Shown here: positions 1 through 9,370 of the stretch, piece after piece
How the letters are laid out: each line of letters begins with the position of its first letter
Position numbering within the stretch: the stretch's first letter is position 1
Origin: Nitrospirota bacterium
Lineage (GTDB): Bacteria; Nitrospirota; UBA9217
DNA length: 64,000 bases
NCBI GenBank assembly: GCA_963790205.1
Contig: CAWBNQ010000003.1
Location: 544,001 to 608,000 of the forward strand
Direction of reading: 5' to 3'
Made by a program: the position numbers and the translations under genes
Notes under the pieces: model-generated
The model's input: only the letters and a program-made list of their open reading frames with translations
Told to the model about the DNA's origin: nothing
The model's database searches: none

Positions 1-2
1 AG

Positions 3-3000
3 GGTATAGGTATAGGTTGGCGTGGGCGAAGAGGCAGGCGCCGACCAGTTGAACGTGGGCACGACAGCGCTCGGGACCGGATCGACGGTCATGTTCTGCG
101 CGAAGCTGTCGAGCACGGCCGTCACCGGCGTGATCAGTGTCTCCGTGGTGTTGTCGGCATAGGTGACCGCAAAAGTGTAAGTGTCTCCCGCGGAGGGCCT
201 GAAGGGACCGGTGCCGATATAAGAAGAGAATGTCCCGGGGTTGCCGTTTCCATCCCGTCCTATGTCCATCGGAACCGGGACATTCGGACCCGAGAGGAGG
301 GTAAGCTTTACCGGAAGCTTCTTCTGTCTGGTGGCCCCTAGCAGGAGAGTGTACCTGTCCTTCGTCCCATCAGTAGAATGGTTTGTGCCGGCCGCGGTCA
401 GGGAATTGGCAGCCAAAAGAGCGATGTCCTGCGTCGCGTCGGCATTGTTTATCGTGACCGGTATTTTCGCAGCGCCGTCGATCCCTATGCTCATGGCGCC
501 GACATTCAGGTAATCGTTTTGGAGCAAGTCGACGAAAGCAAAGGCCTGATAATTGCCGTTCGGAATTCCCGTTATGGTATAGGTGTAGCTCTGGGAACTT
601 GCCAGCGTTTCGAGCGGGGTGAAATAAATGCCGCTGTCGCCGTATACCCCGACATACAGCGGCTTGGAGTCCGGGACCGGCGCCGGCAGGGTGATCGTGC
701 CGGATACGCTGAAGGTCGTGCTGTTGTCCGTTGCGGCGGCGCCTATGGTTACGGGACCGACAACAGCGGACGCCGGGCTTTTAAAAGCTCTATCCACAGC
801 CGAGATCTGATAATAGAGCTGGGCGCCATCGCTAAGTCCTGTCTGGATAAAGACCTGCTGTCCGTAGGCGGGGACGGTGATGGTTGAACTAGTCACAAGA
901 GTCGAGTCCGTCCCCCAAGAGATTAGGTACGAATCCGCCATTTCTTTCTGATCAACGTACCGATTGGTGTTAATCGAATAATCGCCTTGCCACGTGATCA
1001 GCGCGGACGATTCGCCCGGGAACACCGCGAGTCCCTGCGGAGTTGGCGGAGCACTTGGAGCGCCCGGGTCGTACAGCGGGACAGTCTGGTTGATCAGATT
1101 CCCCGAGGTAACATTAACTTGAAGAGCGTGTAGATCGGTGGTATTCGGTTCATCCACATTCTTGGTTCCCCATCCGAGATTGTCCATCCTTGCAGTAAGT
1201 CTATACGTTCCCGGAGGAACGCCGTGGATCATGAACGTTCCGGGCGCAGCGATGCTCGTTGAAAGCCTAGTGGATCCGTCCAAGCTCACAACGCCGACGT
1301 AGATCCGTCCCTTCTTGGTCCCTTTGTAGCTCACGCTGCCGGAGACGTTGTACGCTATCTGAGCGCCAAAGTCCTGGGAGGCGCCCCCTCCGTTCACCGT
1401 TGTCAATGCGTTCGGCGGATAGAAGGCGGTGCTCGCACCCGCAAGCGACGGCGTCAGGGTATACGTGCCGTTCGGCACGCCCGTAAACTGATAAAAACCG
1501 TTCGTATCGGTCTTGGTCGTTTTTATGGGAGAGGAGTTGAGCGTCACCGTCATGCTCGGCAGCGGGAAGGTGGACGTGCCGGCGGAAAGGATATGGCCGG
1601 AGATCGTGAACGGGGCCCCCGTGGCAGTGGCAGCAAAGTTGACGCCGGTCAGGTTTGCTCCAGCGATGGTCTTGAGCGGGACCGCTGAGAAGAAATATCC
1701 CGCTGCGCCCGCGGAAAGCGTGTAAGTCCCGTTCTTGAGTCCCTTGATCGTGTAATTGCCCAGGGCATCGGTGGCTACCGTTGCCGGTAATGTCAGGGAC
1801 GCGCCGCTTACCGTGATGACTGTCCCGGCCAGGCCGATCGTGTTGAAGGTCGCCTTGCCCGAGATGCTGAAAGTTGTTCCGCTGCTTGTTGCTGATGCAA
1901 AGTTCACTCCGGTGGTGTCGGCGTTGACGAAACCGGCGCTGCTCAGAGGACTAAACGTATACCCCGTCTTTGCGGGTGTCACGGTGTAAAAGCCGGTGGG
2001 CAGATTTGCAAAGGAGTAGTTGCCGCCGCCATCGGTCATGACCGTGCCGCCGGTCGTGCCGGTAAGGGTCATCAAAACGTTGGTGCCGGTCGCGCCGCTC
2101 ACCGTGCCCGACAGGGTGTGCGCGGTCTCCGTGTATCCTGTGGCCGCAAAATTGGCCGTTGTAAAATTCGCTGTCGTGAGCGCTACATCGGTGACTGCGG
2201 GCTTGAATGCAAAAAGGCTCTTGGCCGCTGAAACCGTGTAGTTTCCCGGCAGGAGGTTCTTAAAAGTATACTTGCCGTTGATGTCGGTGACGATTGTGCC
2301 GGTATCGGCCCCGCCCAGGCTCATGGTGACGCCGGAGAGGGACTTGGCGTTCAGGGTCGCGACGCCGGAGATGGAGAAGAACGGCAGGATCGTGAAATTG
2401 GCGTCGCTCATGTCGGTGGCTATGATCGTGCCGGAGATATTCTTAATGTCCACTTTGACCTTGCACGCGGTCTTGAGGGCCGTCTGCGCGGGCACGGTCC
2501 AGGAATAAGTATAGGCATTAACACTCTGGGTCGGGGCGCTGCTTAAGGGACCCGTTGTGATTACGGTCCAACTGCTTCCGCCGTTTGTCGTGAATGATAC
2601 CGTGGCATTTTTCGCCGCGCTGTTCGAACCGTACATGGTGTAACCGATGGTCGCGGGGTTGGCCTTGGGGTTTACGATCTCCCCGCCATTCGGCGAGGTG
2701 ACCTTGAGCGCCTGGATGGTGAAGGGCGAGGCTGATATTGCGGTGCCCACGATCGCACCCAGGCCGTTGGAGGCCACGACCTTGATCTTTGCAGTGGCAA
2801 CATTGCCGGCCGGCGGCACGGGCACGGTCCATGAATAGTTCATGGTGAAACCCAGACCCGGCAGATTGCCGCCGCCCGGGATCGGCAGCCATGTTGTGCC
2901 GTTGTTCAAGGAGTAGAACAGGTTGTAGTTTTCAGCCGCAGCGGGCGCGTTCCAGGTGATGCCTGCCGTTGAACCGGCCCGGAGAACGTCTCCCGCATGG

Positions 3001-3554
3001 GGCGCTGTGATAGCGAGCGCGGTGTTCGGGCTCACCACGACCTTGTCGAGCCAGGCCGCGTCGCTGCCTTTGGTGATCGTCGCGTTCTTGGCGTATTTCC
3101 ATACGAGCGTATGGGTCCCGGCCGGAAGTGTGAACATTTTCTGCTGCCAGTTCACCGTGCCGCTTATCGTGCTCTTGAGGGAGCTGTCGAGGGAAAACGT
3201 TAAAGTGTCATAAGCAGGTTCGGAGGAGACTTGCTGGTAGAAGGAGAGGGATGCCGGTCCGGTCACGGTCGTCATGATCGAAGAATACATGCTGTTGCCG
3301 ATCGGACCGCTTTGGGCCGCCATGGCATTCGAGCCGCCGGGGTACCACGTCGCGGTCTCTGCGGACCAGAGTCCGGAGGCGGTCGAACTGGACGAAGAGA
3401 ACAACAGCGGCGTAATGCCGTCGGTCTGCATGGGATTGTCCAGCGCGTCCGCGAGTGGGTCCGCAGTAGCGCAGGTGATGACAGGAGAAATAAGGCAGGT
3501 CATGATCAGAAATGAAAACAGTGCAGCAAGCTTCCAACTATTCATGCGCGACAT
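3..3554 (-). CDS. Large secreted Ser/Thr-rich surface protein (carboxypeptidase-regulatory-like/SdrD-B-type beta-sandwich repeats, FN3-like domain); 3' end runs off the window
   Basis: Open frame read manually from ATG 3554 (MSRMNSWKLAALFSFLIMTCLISPVITCATA, signal-like) to the left edge. Repeated 'TDxxGxYxFxxLxxGxYTVT' units. Absent from the ORF track because it has no stop in the window. Confidence 0.85.
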   Translation of the reverse strand, partial: MSRMNSWKLAALFSFLIMTCLISPVITCATADPLADALDNPMQTDGITPLLFSSSSSTASGLWSAETATWYPGGSNAMAAQSGPIGNSMYSSIMTTVTGPASLSFYQQVSSEPAYDTLTFSLDSSLKSTISGTVNWQQKMFTLPAGTHTLVWKYAKNATITKGSDAAWLDKVVVSPNTALAITAPHAGDVLRAGSTAGITWNAPAAAENYNLFYSLNNGTTWLPIPGGGNLPGLGFTMNYSWTVPVPPAGNVATAKIKVVASNGLGAIVGTAISASPFTIQALKVTSPNGGEIVNPKANPATIGYTMYGSNSAAKNATVSFTTNGGSSWTVITTGPLSSAPTQSVNAYTYSWTVPAQTALKTACKVKVDIKNISGTIIATDMSDANFTILPFFSISGVATLNAKSLSGVTMSLGGADTGTIVTDINGKYTFKNLLPGNYTVSAAKSLFAFKPAVTDVALTTANFTTANFAATGYTETAHTLSGTVSGATGTNVLMTLTGTTGGTVMTDGGGNYSFANLPTGFYTVTPAKTGYTFSPLSSAGFVNADTTGVNFASATSSGTTFSISGKATFNTIGLAGTVITVSGASLTLPATVATDALGNYTIKGLKNGTYTLSAGAAGYFFSAVPLKTIAGANLTGVNFAATATGAPFTISGHILSAGTSTFPLPSMTVTLNSSPIKTTKTDTNGFYQFTGVPNGTYTLTPSLAGASTAFYPPNALTTVNGGGASQDFGAQIAYNVSGSVSYKGTKKGRIYVGVVSLDGSTRLSTSIAAPGTFMIHGVPPGTYRLTARMDNLGWGTKNVDEPNTTDLHALQVNVTSGNLINQTVPLYDPGAPSAPPTPQGLAVFPGESSALITWQGDYSINTNRYVDQKEMADSYLISWGTDSTLVTSSTITVPAYGQQVFIQTGLSDGAQLYYQISAVDRAFKSPASAVVGPVTIGAAATDNSTTFSVSGTITLPAPVPDSKPLYVGVYGDSGIYFTPLETLASSQSYTYTITGIPNGNYQAFAFVDLLQNDYLNVGAMSIGIDGAAKIPVTINNADATQDIALLAANSLTAAGTNHSTDGTKDRYTLLLGATRQKKLPVKLTLLSGPNVPVPMDIGRDGNGNPGTFSSYIGTGPFRPSAGDTYTFAVTYADNTTETLITPVTAVLDSFAQNMTVDPVPSAVVPTFNWSAPASSPTPTYTYT

Positions 3555-3825
3555 GGAGACCCCCTGAAGTGAGAGAAAGTATGGCGAGTAATGCCAAGGA
3601 AGTGACTTGCCGGGAAACGTTCATGGATATTGCGCGATTTTCGATTATGACGGTATAACGCGGCTGCACACATTTTTTTGTATATCATTTTTTATTTATT
3701 TGCTGCTAAAGAATGACGGCAATGTAACTCTCTCCTGATCGTTTGTAAATAGAAATCTTGCATCGCAGACCCAAGAGACAAATATGTTTAAATTTTGGGC
3801 GTTCCAATTTTAAACAGCGATCCTG

Positions 3826-3936
3826 GCGTTCTTTTACTGCGGACTCCACAACGGATTCTTTCCCATCTCGTTGAAAGGTCGCCGATATCTTGTCGCTGGA
3901 CTTCAAGGTCTTTAAAAAATCTGAAAGATCCTTCAG
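3826..3936 (-). pseudogene. Degenerate copy of the C-terminal PDZ tail of the peptidase at 9371-12760
   Basis: LKDLSDFLKTLKSSDKISATFQRDGKESVVESAVKER vs LKDFSDILKTLKPCDKVLVTFSRDGKDKAVETEVRGR (22/37 identical by manual alignment). Confidence 0.8.
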
Positions 3937-4084
3937 ATATAAAGTATAAAGCCAAGTTTGAACCAGCCCTTTCACCGGCAGTCCGCCTTGGGATACTAAA
4001 TACTATCCTATTATGAATATGTGATATGTCTGTCTTTGCCAGTGTTCTCGTGGCTGGTAAAAGGCGGGCATGCTCGCAAGACGC

Positions 4085-5779
4085 TCAGCGAACGATTTTT
4101 GTCTTTTCTTCAAGCTCCCTGATCCTGCCGGGCATGGCTGGAGATACTTCAGGGGAAAGAGTCATATATAAGCGGTAATAGGCGAGTGCTTGCACAAAGT
4201 CACCTCTCTTTTCCATCACCATTCCGATATTGTAATAGGGCATCGGATTCGCCGGATCTTTTTCAATTGCTGTTCTCCATGCGGAGACTGCCTTCTCGTC
4301 ATTCCCTTTAAGGAAATACACATTGCCGAGATTACAATGGGCGTCTACAAAACGGGGATTGATCTCGACCGCTTTCTCGTACAACGCAATGGCTTCGTCG
4401 TACCTTCCCATTGAAGCATAGAGGCCGGCCAGTGAATAGGGGGCCAGAGAAAAAAAAGGGGCGGATTCAATCGTTCTCTCGTACAATGCAATGGCTTGGT
4501 CATACCTCCCGTTTGAAGCAGAGAGGCCGGCCAGCGCATAGGTGACCGGATAAAAGCGGGGGGCAAATTCTACCGCCTTGTTGAAATAGGCGGCGTCATT
4601 TTTCCAGTAACGGGTGCGCGAGAAAGTGATCCCCGCGTGAATGATGATTAAGCAGGAGACGGCTGCGACGGCTGCACGGCGGTATTTCACAGCATCAAGA
4701 GCGAGTAGCGCAATAAGCGTGCAGAATCCAAAGGATGCAAGATTCAACAGCTTGTCAGCCATGAGGTATTCACCCAGACGGCCAATATTGAAGGTTACGG
4801 ATATCCAGACAAAAAACCAGAGATACCAGAAAAGATATTCTCTTTTTTTAAACCATAATAAAACCCCGAAAAACACCATCCCAAGAACGACAACGTAGGA
4901 AATCATCACTTCAGGGCTCACCCGGGAGAATAACTCGCTGGGATATATCGTAATGGGGGCATCGGGAAGAAAAAAAATCTTCACATATCGTTTAATGATG
5001 ACCGCAGTTGTATTGCACAGAGTAATCGGATCCAGGGCTGTCAAGGGGAGGGGGCCCACCACTGTTCTTCTTATGAAGAGAAATGCCGCGGCAATAGCAA
5101 AGAACGGCACTGTCCGGATGAATCTTCGCGCGTCGTTCTCTTTCCTGATGAAGAATTCATGGAGGACAATGATGACCGAAAGCAAAATCGCGCTTTCATG
5201 GCAAAAGAGGGCAAGAGCAAATCCTGCGTAAGAGAAGAAGTACCGCTTTTTGTGATACAGAAGAAGCGAAAGGAGAGACAGAAGAGCCGTTAATATATAG
5301 GAATCGGAATAGGCCCAGCTCACTGCCTCCACGCGGGCGGGATTTACCGCGTAGAGGAGCGCAGCAAGAAAAGCGGCTGTGCTATTGCCTGTAATCGCAT
5401 AGACAACAAAAAATCCGAGCACTACGGCCATTGCATTAAGAACAATATTGACCGCGTTATATCCGATCGGATTTGGACCGAAAACCTGGTATTCCAGGAG
5501 ATGGAGCGTCTTGGTAAGGGGACGATAGTATCTAAGGCTCTCCGTCGTCCTCACATCGATGGCGATATGTCGAAACATATCCTCGGAAAAATATTGAGGA
5601 AAATATTTAACGTCCCGAATGGAGGGGTCGTCCCGGAAGACGGTCGCCGCGTCCCATACGAAATCGTTTTGAATGGAATACGCGTACTGGAGCAATGCAA
5701 CCAAGGCTACGACGATTGCATACACGACTACTCGCTTATCAGCTCTTTCCGTTTCTTTTCCCATCATTGTAGCGATCAT
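4085..5779 (-). CDS. TMTC-like GT-C membrane glycosyltransferase with C-terminal TPR repeats
   Basis: Multi-TM N-terminus with FVWD, YYRPL and EAVSW motifs, followed by TPRs (YDEAIALYEKAVEINPRFVDAHCNLG). Confidence 0.8.
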   Translation of the reverse strand: MIATMMGKETERADKRVVVYAIVVALVALLQYAYSIQNDFVWDAATVFRDDPSIRDVKYFPQYFSEDMFRHIAIDVRTTESLRYYRPLTKTLHLLEYQVFGPNPIGYNAVNIVLNAMAVVLGFFVVYAITGNSTAAFLAALLYAVNPARVEAVSWAYSDSYILTALLSLLSLLLYHKKRYFFSYAGFALALFCHESAILLSVIIVLHEFFIRKENDARRFIRTVPFFAIAAAFLFIRRTVVGPLPLTALDPITLCNTTAVIIKRYVKIFFLPDAPITIYPSELFSRVSPEVMISYVVVLGMVFFGVLLWFKKREYLFWYLWFFVWISVTFNIGRLGEYLMADKLLNLASFGFCTLIALLALDAVKYRRAAVAAVSCLIIIHAGITFSRTRYWKNDAAYFNKAVEFAPRFYPVTYALAGLSASNGRYDQAIALYERTIESAPFFSLAPYSLAGLYASMGRYDEAIALYEKAVEINPRFVDAHCNLGNVYFLKGNDEKAVSAWRTAIEKDPANPMPYYNIGMVMEKRGDFVQALAYYRLYMTLSPEVSPAMPGRIRELEEKTKIVR

Positions 5780-5897
5780 GCAGCACCATGATCAATAAGA
5801 CATTCTTTGCAATTCAGCTATCGTACGAGCAAAATGCGTTGCGATCATTATCCGCACCATTTTGCGGATCATACGCAGGAAAACTGAGACGGTTGGT

Positions 5898-6689
5898 TTA
5901 CTTGGTCGCAACGAGAGCAATGTTCCATGCATAGCGTTTCACAAGAGGGGCCCGCTTCATGCATGCATCGTATTTTTCCAGCCGGAGATACAGCGGCCGC
6001 AACCGTTCTTCCTCGTAAATGATCTTTTTCCAGTAACGCTCTTTGTTCGGGTCAATACGTTCTATAAAGTAGAATTGAACAAATATCCACAACGTACAGA
6101 ACCAAAAAGTATCGTATTCGACATGTGAGAATAAGTTTCTCGCGACCTTGATAATATTGTAGTCAAGGGGCCTTTCATCCTCGCTCCGAACGTCCTTTGC
6201 GATCCTGCGGTATACATTGATTATCGGATTATGTTTTAACGGGTCCCAGAAACATGCTTTGCCTCCGGGCTTCAGCACCCGGAGCATTTCACGCAGTGTC
6301 GCCACGGGGCTTACGTGGTGCAGCAGATTGGCTGCATAGACGATATCAAAGGAACAATCGGGAAAATCAATGTTCATGGCGTTCATCACGTGCCCGTGGA
6401 CTTTTACGCCATACCGTTCGGCAAGTCTGAGGGCAATCCGTACCATGCCCGACGACAAGTCGGCTGCGACACACTCCGCGCCTTTCAGAGCGAAGTACAC
6501 GCTGCTCTCTCCCGCCCCGCAACCGAGATCAAGAATCCGTTTACCGTTCAGGTCCCCGAGCTTGCTTATAATGAACCGGTTTTCCGGACAGGTAGATCCC
6601 TCAAAATATTTTTCAACCTGAATCGATTCTACATCGATTTCCGACGACCATCGGTCATGATGCGCTTCTTCTCTCTCCAGGATTTTCAC
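5898..6689 (-). CDS. Class I SAM-dependent methyltransferase
   Basis: ILDLGCGAG motif I and LRVLKPGG. Start uncertain; GTG at 6689 chosen to avoid overlap with the upstream GT2. Confidence 0.85.
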   Translation of the reverse strand: MKILEREEAHHDRWSSEIDVESIQVEKYFEGSTCPENRFIISKLGDLNGKRILDLGCGAGESSVYFALKGAECVAADLSSGMVRIALRLAERYGVKVHGHVMNAMNIDFPDCSFDIVYAANLLHHVSPVATLREMLRVLKPGGKACFWDPLKHNPIINVYRRIAKDVRSEDERPLDYNIIKVARNLFSHVEYDTFWFCTLWIFVQFYFIERIDPNKERYWKKIIYEEERLRPLYLRLEKYDACMKRAPLVKRYAWNIALVATK

Positions 6690-6732
6690 GGGAATAGCGC
6701 TCTCGCTTTGTATGTCCCATTTGACATTCTTG

Positions 6733-7731
6733 TCATTGGCCCAGGATGTTGCCTGATAAGTCCACTTCCCTGATCGATTTGACTCCTTCATCAAAATTGA
6801 TATTTCTCGCATCGGAGAGCCAGTAGATCGGCCGCCGCTGTCCTTGTTCGAAAATGCGGCCGACATAAGAGGCGATGATGCCCAAACAAAAGATGATTAC
6901 TCCGGAGAAAAAGGTCAGGAGGATGATGATCGACGTCCACCCCTGCACCGTAATCTTAAAGATGAAATGGTCAACGAGCGCCTTGGCGAGATAGAGAAGG
7001 CTGATAAGCCACGAGAACACGGCAAACCAACTGATAACCTTAATAGGGGCCGATGAAAAACTCAGCACGGCATTTAATGCAAGTTTGAGCATTTTGCCGA
7101 ATGTATATTTTGTCGTTCCGGCGTACCGTGGATCGCGGTCATATTGCACGACACACTGCCGAAATCCGAGGGAGGCGAAGATGGCGCGCAGAAACCGGTG
7201 CTCCTCACGAAAACCTTGCACGGTCTTCAATACGGGCCGGGAAAAGGCCCTGAAATCACCGCTATTTTCAATTATATTGTCACCCGTCAGCCAGCGCATC
7301 AGCTTGTAGAAACCCCACGCCGTCGCAAGTTTAAACCCTGTTTCACCGCACCGGGTTCTCCTTTGCATATGAACGATTTGATATCCTTCCTGTATTTTCC
7401 CGATTATCTCCCTAAGTAGCTCCGGCGGGTCCTGCAAGTCGGCGTCTATGATGACAACTATGTCGCCATTCGAAAAATCCATTCCCGCCGTAATCGCGGC
7501 CTGGTGTCCCTGGTTTCTGGCGAAATGCAGGACCTTTACGCACCTGTCTTCGGTGGCAAGGGAGTTCAGAACCTCCGCAGTAGTGTCGAAGCTGCCGTCA
7601 TTGACGAACAGGAATTCGAACTCGTAGGCTGATAACTGCTTCGCCACGGCGGATACCCGCCTATAAAATTCCGGGAGTACTTCCGCTTCATTGAAGCAAG
7701 GCACAATGCACGAAATCTTCTTGAATACCAT
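6733..7731 (-). CDS. Glycosyltransferase family 2, polyprenol-phosphate glycosyltransferase type (GtrB/CsbB-like)
   Basis: IVPCFNE, VNDGSFD, IDADLQDPPE motifs and two C-terminal TM helices. Confidence 0.9.
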   Translation of the reverse strand: MVFKKISCIVPCFNEAEVLPEFYRRVSAVAKQLSAYEFEFLFVNDGSFDTTAEVLNSLATEDRCVKVLHFARNQGHQAAITAGMDFSNGDIVVIIDADLQDPPELLREIIGKIQEGYQIVHMQRRTRCGETGFKLATAWGFYKLMRWLTGDNIIENSGDFRAFSRPVLKTVQGFREEHRFLRAIFASLGFRQCVVQYDRDPRYAGTTKYTFGKMLKLALNAVLSFSSAPIKVISWFAVFSWLISLLYLAKALVDHFIFKITVQGWTSIIILLTFFSGVIIFCLGIIASYVGRIFEQGQRRPIYWLSDARNINFDEGVKSIREVDLSGNILGQ

Positions 7732-7901
7732 TGGGCAACCCTTCCTATTACTAATTTTATTTCATCACGGGCGTGTGATACTTAACGGGAAATAAAGTCA
7801 GCCAGAAGGTCTCTGCGCCAGAAAATAAACTACCATACTTTCGCCCTGTTTGCAATCTCGTAATAAAACCCCAGTAATAAAAAGCGAATTGATTCAAAAT
7901 T

Positions 7902-9203
7902 GATTCTTCCGGCTTTCCCGTGGGTAGAAATATGTGATAGGATGGTCGCCTGAGGAGGCGATCATGCAGGATACCGGACTTTATCAGCAATTGCTGGGAT
8001 TGAAGTCACCCTGGAGTGTCAGTCAAGTTGAACTGGATGTAAAGCAGCAGCGGGTAGATGTATGGGTGGAACATGAGAAGGACGCAGTATGGTCTTGTCC
8101 GGAATGCTCGAAGGAGTCGACGGTCTATGATCATGCCGAAGAGCGGTTATGGCGTCACCTTGACAGTTGCCAGTTCAAGACGTACTTGCATGCGCGTATT
8201 CCCCGCATAACGTGTGCAGAGCATGGGATTTTGCAGGTTCGGGTCCCTTGGGCGGAACCGAAGTCACGATTCACGGTTTTATTTGAGCGGTTGGCCATAG
8301 ATGTTCTTCGGGAGTGCGATATAACCGGGGCCACGAAGATCTTGCGGATAAGCTGGGACGAAGCATGGAACCTCATGGAACGCGCCGTAGAGCGCGGAAA
8401 GCTTCGGAAACAAGACCGCGTCGTTCCCCGGATCGGCGTCGATGAGAAAGCCATTGCCAAGGGTCATACATACCTGACGCTGGTAAGCGATATAGACGGA
8501 GGCACGGTAGAGCACATCGAGGATGACCGCAAACAGAGCAGTCTGGAGAGCTATTACAAGAGTCTGACGCCGGAGCAATTAGAAGGCCTCGAGGCGGTTG
8601 CAATGGACATGTGGGAGCCCTACCTTGAGGCGACGCGTGCCCATGTGCCTGGTGCCGAGAGCAAGATCGTTTTCGACCGGTTCCACATTATGGGCTACCT
8701 CGGGAAAGCGGTAGACACGGTACGAAAGCAGGAACATCGGCAGCGGATGAAAGAAGGTGACGAAACGCTCAAGGGGAGTAAGTACTTGTGGCTGTACAGC
8801 AAGGAGAACGTTCCGGAGAAACGCCGCAGGGAATTTGCCGCATTACAAAAGCTTGAGTTGAAGGTAGGACGCGCGTGGGCCATCAAGGAGACGTTTCGGA
8901 AGTTGTGGCATTACAACTATGCCGAGTCAGCGAGGAAATTCTGGAAGCGGTGGTATTTCTGGGCAACACACAGCAGGCTGAAGCCAATCATTGACGCAGC
9001 AGGAACGATCAAAAGACATATTGCTAACGTTCTGACTTATCTTCAGCACCGCATAACGAATGCGGTCAGCGAAGGGCTCAACAGCAAGATACAGACAATC
9101 AAAAAGATGGCCTACGGATTTCGGAACAAGGAACACTTCAAGACAGCAATTTACTTTCACTGCGGCGGGCTAGACATGTATCCATGCTAAACCCGGGAGA
9201 GCC
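7902..9203 (+). mobile_element. ISL3-family insertion sequence, 1302 bp, with 8-bp target duplication TCAAAATT
   Basis: TCAAAATT at 7894-7901 and 9204-9211. Imperfect terminal IRs GATTCTTCCGGCTTT / GGCTCTCCCGGGTTT. Confidence 0.93.
7964..9190 (+). CDS. ISL3-family transposase
   Basis: Zn-finger CPEC...CAEHG, IGVDE, AMDMW, FDRFH and SEGLNSKIQTIKKMAYGFRN motifs. Confidence 0.95.
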   Translation: MQDTGLYQQLLGLKSPWSVSQVELDVKQQRVDVWVEHEKDAVWSCPECSKESTVYDHAEERLWRHLDSCQFKTYLHARIPRITCAEHGILQVRVPWAEPKSRFTVLFERLAIDVLRECDITGATKILRISWDEAWNLMERAVERGKLRKQDRVVPRIGVDEKAIAKGHTYLTLVSDIDGGTVEHIEDDRKQSSLESYYKSLTPEQLEGLEAVAMDMWEPYLEATRAHVPGAESKIVFDRFHIMGYLGKAVDTVRKQEHRQRMKEGDETLKGSKYLWLYSKENVPEKRRREFAALQKLELKVGRAWAIKETFRKLWHYNYAESARKFWKRWYFWATHSRLKPIIDAAGTIKRHIANVLTYLQHRITNAVSEGLNSKIQTIKKMAYGFRNKEHFKTAIYFHCGGLDMYPC

Positions 9204-9370
9204 TCAAAATTAATGTTGCCCAAAGACATTGATCATTATAAACGGTCGTCATGTCCTGTTGTGGATTCCATGAAAAGATTCTTATGAGTAACGGTAATTT
9301 TACCGGAACAAACGAAGAGTATGTAAGGAAACGCAGACATCGCGAGAAGAAGAGAAAGTAACGTCCGGGA

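Noticed and set aside
7757..9290. Short ORF that becomes continuous when the ISL3 is removed (MTTVYNDQ...PVMK)
   Set aside because: About 60 aa, AT-rich, with no recognisable motif or convincing RBS; probably intergenic.
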